A stretch of DNA of 64,000 nucleotides from Candidatus Poribacteria bacterium (lineage in GTDB: Bacteria > Poribacteria > WGA-4E > WGA-3G). The position numbers were made by a program, and so were the translations under genes. Shown here piece by piece: positions 1 to 8,662 of this stretch. Positions within the stretch are counted from its first letter, which is position 1. Each line of letters opens with the position of its first letter. The stretch spans positions 3,968,001-4,032,000 of the forward strand of contig CBDANF010000003.1 in the NCBI GenBank assembly GCA_965197475.1. The letters run 5' to 3'. The notes under the pieces are model-generated. The model was given only the letters and a program-made list of their open reading frames with translations. It did no database searches and was not told the DNA's origin.

Positions 1-89
1 GATTTGTATCTGGTGAAATATAAATTTTATTGTAAATTTAACGCAAGTATGTTAAACTAACGGTATTCATTAAAGTTAGGAGGCGCATA

Positions 90-1160
90 ATGAAATCCCA
101 AATTTTCTATGAACCTGAATCGATGAATCTTGAAGACCGACCCGTGCCTACTCACGGTGATGCAGACCTGTTAGTGCAAGTCCGTTCAGTAGGCATTTGC
201 GGTTCGGATGTAGCTTACTATTTCGGAAATAGTTCACTTGAAACAGACGATGGCAAAGGTCCGTTAATCCTCGGTCACGAATTTACTGGTGAAGTCGTCG
301 AGGTTGGTAGCGACGCAGCGAAAACAGGTGGATTTAAAGTCGGCGACAGAGTTGTCGTCAATCCTGTCCAATCAAACCCAAATTCTTTTTGGAGTAAAAA
401 AGGGTTGTCCAACCTGTGTCCAGAAAAACGTATCTTAGGTGTAGGTGTTGATGGCGGCTTTGCGGAATACGCTGTCTCTGACTACCGTTGGACGGTAAAA
501 CTACCCGAAAACGTTACGTACGAGCAGGGGGCACTCACTGAACCTCTTGCATGCGGATTATACGCTGTTAACAATCTCAAAGCAGAAGCAGGGCAAACTG
601 CTGTTGTCTTTGGACCCGGTCCAATCGGTCTGATGATGGTACAAGTTCTTAAAAGCCGTGGCTTGAAAAACGTGCTGCTTGTTGGGACTCGCGACTATCG
701 TTTAGACTGTGGTAAAGACCTTGGTGCGGACGTAGTTGTTAACGTCAAAGATACCGACTCACCGCACTATGTTGAAGACCTCGGTGCAGCAATTCAAGAA
801 CTCAATAATGGTGAATTGGCAGACCGGGCAATTACGGCAACGAGCTCGCTTGATGCCATTCATACCGCACTTGAAGTTACGGGTAGACACGCAACCGTCG
901 TAATCTTTGGACTTCCTGGCGATAAAGATGTCATGCAAGTTCCTATCCTTGACACCATCCTCATGGATAAAACCATTAGGTTCTCATGGTTAGCACCCGA
1001 TACATGGGAAGAGGCTGTTCAACTCATTTCGAGTGGCGATGTTAACATGGACAAAATCATTAGTCACGAGTTTCCACTTGAATCACTTGTTGAAGGAATT
1101 ACAAAGGTCCGCAATCGAGAAGATAGCTGCACTAAAGGGTTGATAAAGGTATCTTCTTAA
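90..1160 (+). CDS. Zinc-dependent alcohol/polyol dehydrogenase (MDR, sorbitol dehydrogenase-like)
   Basis: GICGSD catalytic Cys, GHEFTG motif, GPGPIG nucleotide-binding motif; RBS AGGAGG upstream. Confidence 0.9.
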   Translation: MKSQIFYEPESMNLEDRPVPTHGDADLLVQVRSVGICGSDVAYYFGNSSLETDDGKGPLILGHEFTGEVVEVGSDAAKTGGFKVGDRVVVNPVQSNPNSFWSKKGLSNLCPEKRILGVGVDGGFAEYAVSDYRWTVKLPENVTYEQGALTEPLACGLYAVNNLKAEAGQTAVVFGPGPIGLMMVQVLKSRGLKNVLLVGTRDYRLDCGKDLGADVVVNVKDTDSPHYVEDLGAAIQELNNGELADRAITATSSLDAIHTALEVTGRHATVVIFGLPGDKDVMQVPILDTILMDKTIRFSWLAPDTWEEAVQLISSGDVNMDKIISHEFPLESLVEGITKVRNREDSCTKGLIKVSS

Positions 1161-1173
1161 GTCGGTATAGAAC

Positions 1174-1518
1174 ATGGGCATACCATTTTTTATTGTTTTT
1201 GCCTTATCAATCGTTTTTTTATCGCTCGGAATGACTGGGTGGGGTGACCTTGTATCGGTTGAGTGGCCTGAGCAGAACCCATCTGCTGCGACCGTCGACG
1301 AAGTAGTTGTCACCCCTTACCTCGGTTTAAAACTAAATTATCGTGCGATTGCACAGTGCTTAACTGGTTTTCTACTATTTTTGGTGAGTCTCTATGTTAT
1401 GGGGTTTTTACTCTATCTTGAAGAGCGGGAAAGCGGCAGGATTATGAAAAACGTTAAAAGTTTTGCTAAACTACGGCAGTTTCTGGAACGGCGACAGAAG
1501 AGAGGTTTATCTCAATGA
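1174..1518 (+). CDS. Small hypothetical membrane protein (2 hydrophobic segments)
   Basis: ORF lies between same-strand genes; N-terminal and central hydrophobic stretches. Confidence 0.6.
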   Translation: MGIPFFIVFALSIVFLSLGMTGWGDLVSVEWPEQNPSAATVDEVVVTPYLGLKLNYRAIAQCLTGFLLFLVSLYVMGFLLYLEERESGRIMKNVKSFAKLRQFLERRQKRGLSQ

Positions 1519-1650
1519 ATCTCTCACAACAACTTGAAATGATAAGGGACGCGATAGGTAAGCATACAGGATTGTTGCGGAAGAATCCACAGGCAAACTC
1601 GTAACAGTATGTGGCAGGTTAAAGTGTGTTAGAAAGGTTTAACCTACTTA

Positions 1651-2739
1651 ATGAAATTACAATTAAAAAATGATTTACTTCTTCGCGCATCAAGATGTCT
1701 GCCAGTAGAACGCGTGCCTGTGTGGATGATGCGGCAGGCTGGAAGGTCAGACCCTCTTTATCGGCAAATTCGAGAAAACCTTAACCTCCCGTTGGAACGC
1801 CTGTTCCGAACTTGTCCTACCCCGATGTCACATACCGATGTAGAACATGCGGTCAAAATATCGCTTCTTCCCAAGCGCATCGGTGTAGATGCCATTATTG
1901 TATATAAAGATATTCTGACACCACTTTCACCGATGGGCGCGCACTTCCGATTTTCACCCGGTCCCGTTTTAAGCCAGCCGATACGAACACAATCACAAGT
2001 AGAAGCACTTAAGCCACTAGATGAACCACCTGTACAATTAGAGTACACCGGACATGTTATTCGCACACTACGTGAAACCTTGAATGGAGAACTACCGCTG
2101 GTCGGTTTTGCTGGTGCGCCTTTAACACTTGCATTTTTCCTTATTGCGGGGGAAAGCCCAATGAAAAAAGGTGCTGGAATATCGGACAAAGCAACACCAG
2201 TTTTTGAAATGATGGAAGAAACATCAGAACTTCTGCATAATCTATTAAATAAATTGACTGCGATGACAATTGAATATTTGAATTACCAAATTAGCGAAGG
2301 TGCTCAGATTGTTCAACTGTTTGAGTCAATCGCAGATGTGTTATCGCGGGAGATGTATGAAAATTTCGCGTTTCCGTATCATCAAAGGATTTTCGCTGAA
2401 CTCAATTCAGACGCACCGGGAATTCTCTTCGCGAAAGAGTGTTCTTATGTAGATTTAATGCATCAAAGCGGTGCAGATGTGCTGAGCATCGGAAAATGCG
2501 TAGACCTCAGAAAAGCCAAAACGGAAACAGGTGGTTCAGTCGCCTTTCAGGGAAATGTTGATAACGATATCCTCCGCGACGGGACCTGTGCTGATATAAC
2601 AGAAGTTGTGCGTACTTGTTTAGAACAAGGTGGCAAGACAGGACATATCCTAAATCTTAGTCATGGACTTCATAGAGACACACCTTTTGAAAACGTAAAA
2701 CATTTCGTAAATATCGCAAAAAAACTTCAGGGTAATTGA
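1651..2739 (+). CDS. hemE: Uroporphyrinogen decarboxylase
   Basis: PVWMMRQAGR, GFAGAPLTLA, QGNVD and HILNLSHG motifs. Confidence 0.95.
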   Translation: MKLQLKNDLLLRASRCLPVERVPVWMMRQAGRSDPLYRQIRENLNLPLERLFRTCPTPMSHTDVEHAVKISLLPKRIGVDAIIVYKDILTPLSPMGAHFRFSPGPVLSQPIRTQSQVEALKPLDEPPVQLEYTGHVIRTLRETLNGELPLVGFAGAPLTLAFFLIAGESPMKKGAGISDKATPVFEMMEETSELLHNLLNKLTAMTIEYLNYQISEGAQIVQLFESIADVLSREMYENFAFPYHQRIFAELNSDAPGILFAKECSYVDLMHQSGADVLSIGKCVDLRKAKTETGGSVAFQGNVDNDILRDGTCADITEVVRTCLEQGGKTGHILNLSHGLHRDTPFENVKHFVNIAKKLQGN

Positions 2740-4196
2740 TGCAAAATATACAAGAAAATCCTTTCGCACCACGTCAGTATGGACAACTTGTTAAGGTAAC
2801 AGATCAAGTTTATCTGTTTCGTAATATCGTCAACTCCTCTATTATTATAGGGGATAACGGTGTTGCCGTAGTTGATACGCAGGTAAATCAGACGATGGGA
2901 AAACGACTCCTCAACGCAATTCGAACTATCACAGATAAACCGATATTATATGCAATTAATACACATTATCATTGGGATCATACAAATGGGAACATAATTT
3001 TTCGTCAAGAAGGGGCGACCGTTATAGCACGAGAGATGACGAAAGACTTTATGGTGAATAGGGCACCGCGTCAGGAGGCGTTTTTGCGTTCTCGCGGTTT
3101 CAGTCTTGGTGATCCTCCGTTTCTTCCACAGCAGACGTTCACCCATGAAACCGAACTTGATTTAGGCAATCAACCCTTGCACCTCATTCACTTAGGGAAA
3201 GCAGAAACTGATGACGCGAGTGCCATCAGGATTCCAGCAGAAGGGTGTATCGTTTCTGGTGACACAGTTATGACAGGAAGTTTTCCTATTTTTGGGCAAC
3301 CCGTCATGAATGAGGGGCTTATGGCAAACCACGATTGGATCAATACTATCAAAGAACTTCGCACTTATGCCCCAGAACATGTGCTACCCGGACACGGACC
3401 TTTAGCCCACGATGCTGAAATAGACCTATTGCTCAAAATTGAGTCCTATTTCCTTACAGAAGTACGGAAACGGGTTGAACAAGGCATGTCTTTGGCAGAA
3501 TTGTTAACGGACATGGAAGGCAACTTGCCGAACTGGATTCGGGATATTGCGGAAGTTTGGGGAACACCCCGTTATGCGATTCTACGTGTATATCGCGGGT
3601 TGATTGACGACCCTGAGCCGGGTTGGCAACACTTCAAACCGTCTGTTATTCCAACAGCAGGGACTAAGATTCTTAAACAACGCACACAAGAACTGAAGGA
3701 CTTTGAGGCATATCGTGAAACTGCAGAAGAAGTTGCAGAAGGCAACGACTTAGGATTAGCTATTGCTATTTTGAAATCCGCAACCGAAAAATTTTCCAAC
3801 CTACCAGAGGCATGGACAGAATATGCAGACTTACTTACACAAGCATCTCGCACCGTGTCAAGTGTGCTTGAGAAGGGGGATTTTTTCTATGAGGCAAAAA
3901 ATGCACTTAACACTGCCCTTGAAATAGACCCTGATTATGCTCCTGCACACCTTTTGCACGGAGCCAACTACATCTTCTCAGCTTTTCGGAATGGTGATGA
4001 TCCGACACCTGGTATGGGATCAATTTATAAAGCCTTAGTTAGTGGAATTCAAGGCACGCAGCTTGCACAAGCATACTTTTTCATCGGACTTGCGCATCGC
4101 ACAAATTCCAATGAAAAACTTGCACATGAAGCATTTGCACAGGCAATTGTTATTGACCCACGGTTTATGCCAGCACAAATGGCAAATATGGCATAG
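2739..4196 (+). CDS. MBL-fold metallo-hydrolase with C-terminal TPR-like repeats
   Basis: THYHWDH, SGD and PGHG motifs; TPR-like helices (ALEIDPDYAPAH, AQAYFFIGLAH); TGATG overlap with hemE stop. Confidence 0.85.
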   Translation: MQNIQENPFAPRQYGQLVKVTDQVYLFRNIVNSSIIIGDNGVAVVDTQVNQTMGKRLLNAIRTITDKPILYAINTHYHWDHTNGNIIFRQEGATVIAREMTKDFMVNRAPRQEAFLRSRGFSLGDPPFLPQQTFTHETELDLGNQPLHLIHLGKAETDDASAIRIPAEGCIVSGDTVMTGSFPIFGQPVMNEGLMANHDWINTIKELRTYAPEHVLPGHGPLAHDAEIDLLLKIESYFLTEVRKRVEQGMSLAELLTDMEGNLPNWIRDIAEVWGTPRYAILRVYRGLIDDPEPGWQHFKPSVIPTAGTKILKQRTQELKDFEAYRETAEEVAEGNDLGLAIAILKSATEKFSNLPEAWTEYADLLTQASRTVSSVLEKGDFFYEAKNALNTALEIDPDYAPAHLLHGANYIFSAFRNGDDPTPGMGSIYKALVSGIQGTQLAQAYFFIGLAHRTNSNEKLAHEAFAQAIVIDPRFMPAQMANMA

Positions 4197-4204
4197 GAGG
4201 CAAA

Positions 4205-5146
4205 ATGAAATATGATAGCGTTTTACTTGTAGCATTCGGCGGACCAACCCCCGGATGTTGTAAAAAATATGATACCGATAATTGTCCCGGTGAAGCATAC
4301 TGTTTTGTTGAAGGAATTGCCGGTGAAGATGAATCTCAAAAAGAACGTGTAAAAGACATCTCATCCCATTACATAAAATTGGGTGGATTTTCGCCATTCA
4401 ACGAATTGACTTATAAACAAGCCAAAGCATTAGAAAAGGCACTACAACACAATCTGCCATTACCTGTTTACGCAGGATTTAGGCATTGGACACCTTATTT
4501 AAAGGAAGTCATTGCTGAAATGGCAAAAAAGGGACACCGCAAAATACTCGGTATTATCATGGCACCGCACCAATCCAAAGTGAGCTGGGAATGGTACCAA
4601 CTGGCAGTTGAAAAAGGAATTGACGCAGTCGAAGGTGAGAAACCGACAATTGATTATCTTGACCCTTGGTACACGCACAACGGATATGTCGGTGCCATCG
4701 CTGAAATTATCAAAACAACGTGTGGCGATAAGTTAGAACGTGCTGAACTGGTGTTCACAGCACATGCAATTCCCCAAGTCTCAGCGGACACCTCACCTTA
4801 CTCACAACAGTTTGAAATGACCGGCGAAGCAGTTGCACAAGAGATTGGTAAAAAACGTTTCAACTTCGCATATCAGAGCGAGGTTGAAAACAGTCCAATC
4901 CCATGGACACAACCCGATATCAATGATTGGCTTAAAGCAAAGAACGCAGAAGGTGTTGACACTGTTGTTGCGTCCCCTATCGGATTCCTCTGTGACCACG
5001 TTGAGGTGCTATATGACCTTGACATAGAGGCAACGGAAACAGCGGATACTTACGGGATTGATTTTATTCGGGCAGGCACTGTCGGTGACCATCCCAAATT
5101 TATTAATATGCTTGCAGGTTTTGTCTGTGAAAAGTCTGAGAAATAG
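4205..5146 (+). CDS. hemH: Ferrochelatase (coproporphyrin/protoporphyrin)
   Basis: GGFSPFN, FTAHAIP, AYQS, WTQPD and PIGFLCDHVEVLYDLD motifs. Confidence 0.95.
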   Translation: MKYDSVLLVAFGGPTPGCCKKYDTDNCPGEAYCFVEGIAGEDESQKERVKDISSHYIKLGGFSPFNELTYKQAKALEKALQHNLPLPVYAGFRHWTPYLKEVIAEMAKKGHRKILGIIMAPHQSKVSWEWYQLAVEKGIDAVEGEKPTIDYLDPWYTHNGYVGAIAEIIKTTCGDKLERAELVFTAHAIPQVSADTSPYSQQFEMTGEAVAQEIGKKRFNFAYQSEVENSPIPWTQPDINDWLKAKNAEGVDTVVASPIGFLCDHVEVLYDLDIEATETADTYGIDFIRAGTVGDHPKFINMLAGFVCEKSEK

Positions 5147-5213
5147 GATTACGTTTTATAGTAAAGTCTATAAATTATTAATACCTTTTGGGCACGTGGC
5201 AATTTCAACGCAT

Positions 5214-5365
5214 TTTTGTGAATGTAAGAGGCGCAATGAATTGCGCGAGGACAAACGCATCAACTGAATAGAGAATGTGCAGTTGTTTTAAATTCACTAT
5301 AATTGTCCTAACCTTTTGTGAATGTAAGAGGCGCAATGAATTGCGCGAGGACAAACGCATCAACT
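5214..5365. repeat. Two exact 52-bp direct repeats (5214-5265, 5314-5365), each containing the REP-like palindrome GCGCAATGAATTGCGC
   Basis: Read directly; a related copy lies at 7987-8018. Confidence 0.9.
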
Positions 5366-5391
5366 CAGTTGGCATTCTAAGGAATACTGTG

Positions 5392-6828
5392 ATGGCACAA
5401 GAACAGAAACGTGCAATCGTTATTGGTGGTGGAATCACAGGTTTAGCTGCTGCCTATCGTCTGAAACGTGAAGCTGAAAAAAGAGGCATTCCGCTTGCGC
5501 TTACACTACTTGAAGCGAGCGATAGGATTGGTGGCGTTATTCAAACTGAACACCGAGATGGATTCGTCATTGAGCACGGTCCTGATGCATTTATCTCAAC
5601 AAAACCGTGGGCTAAAGCACTGTGCGAAGAACTCGGTATTGCCGACAAATTGATAGGCACAAATCCAAAGGTGAGGCGAAGTTTTGTCCTTCGTAACGGC
5701 AAATTAGTTCCGGTCCCCGAAGGCTTTTACATGATGGCACCGGGATCGTTCGGACCTTTCTTGAAAAGCCCTATCTTCAGTTGGCGAGGTAAATTTCGGA
5801 TAGTTTTGGATCTATTTATCTCACGCCAAAGCGATATTGATGATGAATCGGTTGCAGATTTCGTTAGACGTAGACTCGGTAACGAGGCATTTAAACGTAT
5901 GGCACAACCGATGATAGGCGGCATCTACACATCAGATGCAGAAAACCTAAGCCTGAAAGCAACGTTTCCACGATTTTTGGAAATGGAACGGGAACACGGA
6001 AGCATCATCAGGGCACTTTTAGCACAAAAACGGAAGTCTACCCAAACCAGCCGTGGGACAAGCGGACCGCGCTATAGTCTGTTTTTATCTTTTGCAACCG
6101 GGATGCAGGCGTTGGTAGACACGCTTGCTGATAATCTCTTTGGATGTATCCGTTTGCATTCTTGTGTTACTGCTATTCAGAAAAAAGAGAGTGAAATGAG
6201 TTGGCGCGTTTGCCTTAATAATGCCGAGATGTTAGAGGCGGATATGCTTTGCATCGCACTCCCTGCACCACAAACAAGCAAGGTTTTGTCAACAGTTTCA
6301 ACGCCCCTTGCCAAAAAGTTATCTGCTATTCCTTACACATCATCTGCAACGGTTAATCTGGCTTTCCGCCGTGAGGATGTCCAACACCTACTCAATGGGA
6401 TGGGGTTTGTTGTCCCCCTGACAGAGCAACTTAACCTTATTGGATGTTCGTTTAGTAGTGTTAAATTTGAAAATCGTGCTCCTGCAGATCATGTGTTGCT
6501 GCGTGCATTTGTAGGCGAAAACTCCAATAGCATTAAAGGTAACACGAAAGAAAGCACGAATCAGAAGGATATAATCTATACTGTACTTAAAGACGTAACG
6601 AAGTTGCTTGGAATTGAAGCAGAACCTATTTTTTCAATCGTTAGCCAACATTCACAGGCCATGGCACAGTATCTGGTCGGACACCAAAAACTTGTCCGTG
6701 AGATTGAAGAACTCGCAAAAGGCTTGTCCGGTCTTGCTTTAGCAGGTAATGCTTATCACGGTATCGGTATTCCAGATTGTATAAACAGTGGCGAACAAGC
6801 AGCATTAACCTTGCTTGATACGATATAG
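5392..6828 (+). CDS. hemY: Protoporphyrinogen/coproporphyrinogen oxidase (HemY type)
   Basis: IGGGITGLAAA FAD motif, EHGPDAF, AGNAYHGIGIPDCI; start set at MAQEQK because the ORF-track extension translates the repeat. Confidence 0.93.
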   Translation: MAQEQKRAIVIGGGITGLAAAYRLKREAEKRGIPLALTLLEASDRIGGVIQTEHRDGFVIEHGPDAFISTKPWAKALCEELGIADKLIGTNPKVRRSFVLRNGKLVPVPEGFYMMAPGSFGPFLKSPIFSWRGKFRIVLDLFISRQSDIDDESVADFVRRRLGNEAFKRMAQPMIGGIYTSDAENLSLKATFPRFLEMEREHGSIIRALLAQKRKSTQTSRGTSGPRYSLFLSFATGMQALVDTLADNLFGCIRLHSCVTAIQKKESEMSWRVCLNNAEMLEADMLCIALPAPQTSKVLSTVSTPLAKKLSAIPYTSSATVNLAFRREDVQHLLNGMGFVVPLTEQLNLIGCSFSSVKFENRAPADHVLLRAFVGENSNSIKGNTKESTNQKDIIYTVLKDVTKLLGIEAEPIFSIVSQHSQAMAQYLVGHQKLVREIEELAKGLSGLALAGNAYHGIGIPDCINSGEQAALTLLDTI

Positions 6829-6907
6829 AGCAAGTAGATCGGGCGGACAAAGCCCCCAACAAGAGTTGCATCAATGCCGCTTGATACAATTATATAGAGG
6901 GATAGAG

Positions 6908-7921
6908 ATGCGTTTCTTTGTAAGGCTTAGGCGATGCATTTTGGGTTTATGTGTATCTCTGTTAGGGTTATGCGTTTTAACATTATTCGGAAACCTTGTT
7001 TCTGATGTGAAAAGCGATGCGGATCAGCACAAGGAAATGTACCGCTCATTTAAAGATGGAAGATGTAAGAGTTGCCATCCGGCAATTTGGCGCGAATGGG
7101 AAAAATCTATGCACGCACAAGCATGGGTAGATGGAATTTATCAGGAAGCAGCAAAACAGATTACTGACAGAGAAAAGAGTTGTGACCCATGCCATGCCCC
7201 AGAACCTATCCTCGTGACCGGTATTGGGAAAATGCCAAAATTGCGTAACGTAGAACGTGACTCTGGCGTTTCATGTCTTGTATGTCATCTTGATACAGAT
7301 GGTGCAATGCACGGTCCGCCGGCAAGTGCCGAGACTAATTTTCATGTAAATATAACCGATCCGATTTATAAGGAACCGACAAAGCTTTGTGCTACGTGTC
7401 ATGGGCAACCGAGTGTGCCTGAACACGATCAAGTGTCCAGCTTCCTTGAGAGTAGGTTTGCTACAGAAAAGATGAGTTGTGCTACGTGCCACATGCCGGT
7501 TGTCAATCGGATACAAAGCACAGCAAGTTACGAAAGTATCAAGGGAAGGAAACATACGTGGCGAGGTAGTCGCAGTGTCGCGCAGCTTAAAAGTGCTGCG
7601 ACACTTAAGATTGAGTTTGCTGATAAGAAAGCGACTGTGATCCTTCAGAATAAGGCGGGACATCTCTTACCGGGTGGCACGTATCGTGTTATCGTTCTTG
7701 ATGTGACGCACCTTGCACCTGATGGGACACAGCATCAGAAAAAACAGGTTTTAATCTCTGAAAAGGAAGAAAACCGTCTTAACCCAGATGAGAAGCGAAC
7801 GTTTGTTTTTGATGTTAACACCGGTGATATACTCAAAGCGCGTTTGCGCTATCAACTTACGTCAAAGACACCAGAATCGGAATGGGTACCTATGGCGGAA
7901 GTAAGCGGTGTTGCACCGTGA
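6908..7921 (+). CDS. Exported pentaheme c-type cytochrome (c554/c-prime-like)
   Basis: Five CxxCH motifs (CKSCH, CDPCH, CLVCH, CATCH, CATCH); W-x-x-S-x-H-A motif; N-terminal hydrophobic segment. Confidence 0.88.
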   Translation: MRFFVRLRRCILGLCVSLLGLCVLTLFGNLVSDVKSDADQHKEMYRSFKDGRCKSCHPAIWREWEKSMHAQAWVDGIYQEAAKQITDREKSCDPCHAPEPILVTGIGKMPKLRNVERDSGVSCLVCHLDTDGAMHGPPASAETNFHVNITDPIYKEPTKLCATCHGQPSVPEHDQVSSFLESRFATEKMSCATCHMPVVNRIQSTASYESIKGRKHTWRGSRSVAQLKSAATLKIEFADKKATVILQNKAGHLLPGGTYRVIVLDVTHLAPDGTQHQKKQVLISEKEENRLNPDEKRTFVFDVNTGDILKARLRYQLTSKTPESEWVPMAEVSGVAP

Positions 7922-7986
7922 CGCTTGAGAAAACACTATCCTTTCTTCTTGTAGGAGGGGTTTTAACCCGATATAGTTGTACCGTT

Positions 7987-8018
7987 AGAGGCGCAATGAA
8001 TTGCGCGACTACAAACGC
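7987..8018. repeat. REP-like palindrome (GTAG-type on minus strand)
   Basis: agaggcgcaatgaattgcgcgactacaaacgc, same family as the 5214/5314 copies. Confidence 0.8.
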
Positions 8019-8072
8019 CGCAAATCTGAAATTGTCAACATAACAAATTTAAACTTAAGTGAATTTTTTAGG

Positions 8073-8320
8073 TTGACAATTAATTCGGTTTTTGTTAATA
8101 TGTCAATTAAATTCTGAAAATTGCTTTAGTTGCTATTGTATTATGCAGAAATATTGCGAATTTCATTTGACATGCTTTCAAAATTATGGTATTATATTAA
8201 ATACCGATTGCAATTTAATCGATGATATATAGATTAGGTGGGGAAATTTACCGAATTTCTAAAATAAAACGCCGTGTACCGATTAAAATGCTTGCTTTTT
8301 TTTGTCACTTTTGTTAAAAT
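8073..8320 (+). promoter_or_regulatory. Three tandem sigma70-like promoters with extended -10
   Basis: TTGACA(8073)-17-TAATAT; TTGACA(8167)-17-TATTAT; TTGCTT(8292)-17-TAAAAT; each has TG one base before the -10. Confidence 0.7.
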
Positions 8321-8662
8321 AGCAAACGTTCTTATATTTAAGGGCTAACTTTAAGTCAATAAAACATTATTTGTGTAATCACCCAAATCAGTTATGTAAA
8401 TCGTCCATAAGGATTTGCATGGGTCAAATACAATTCGGTGCCCAAATTATTTGCTTGTTTTTGACCTTCATTACGGATATATTTAGGACTATCCTGGGTG
8501 AATTACGTATAGGAAAAAGAAATTTAATGCTTGGTTGTAGGATGTTAGAATTGGATGGGCAAACACCTACCTCCGGTCGTTTTTGTCGTGTTCCCGCTTG
8601 CCCATCTAAAACTTCAGTATTTAGTCTCGTTTTTGCGTAGACTTAACGAGGAGGAAGAGTTA

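Noticed and set aside
5214-5365. Possible CRISPR array
   Set aside because: Only two 52-bp units, no cas genes, and the palindrome recurs alone at 7987 like a REP
5275-5391. N-terminal extension of hemY
   Set aside because: It translates the intergenic repeat; the FAD motif starts right after ATG 5392
8555-8662. ORF-track N-terminal extension of the giant gene
   Set aside because: Strong RBS and signal peptide begin at ATG 8663
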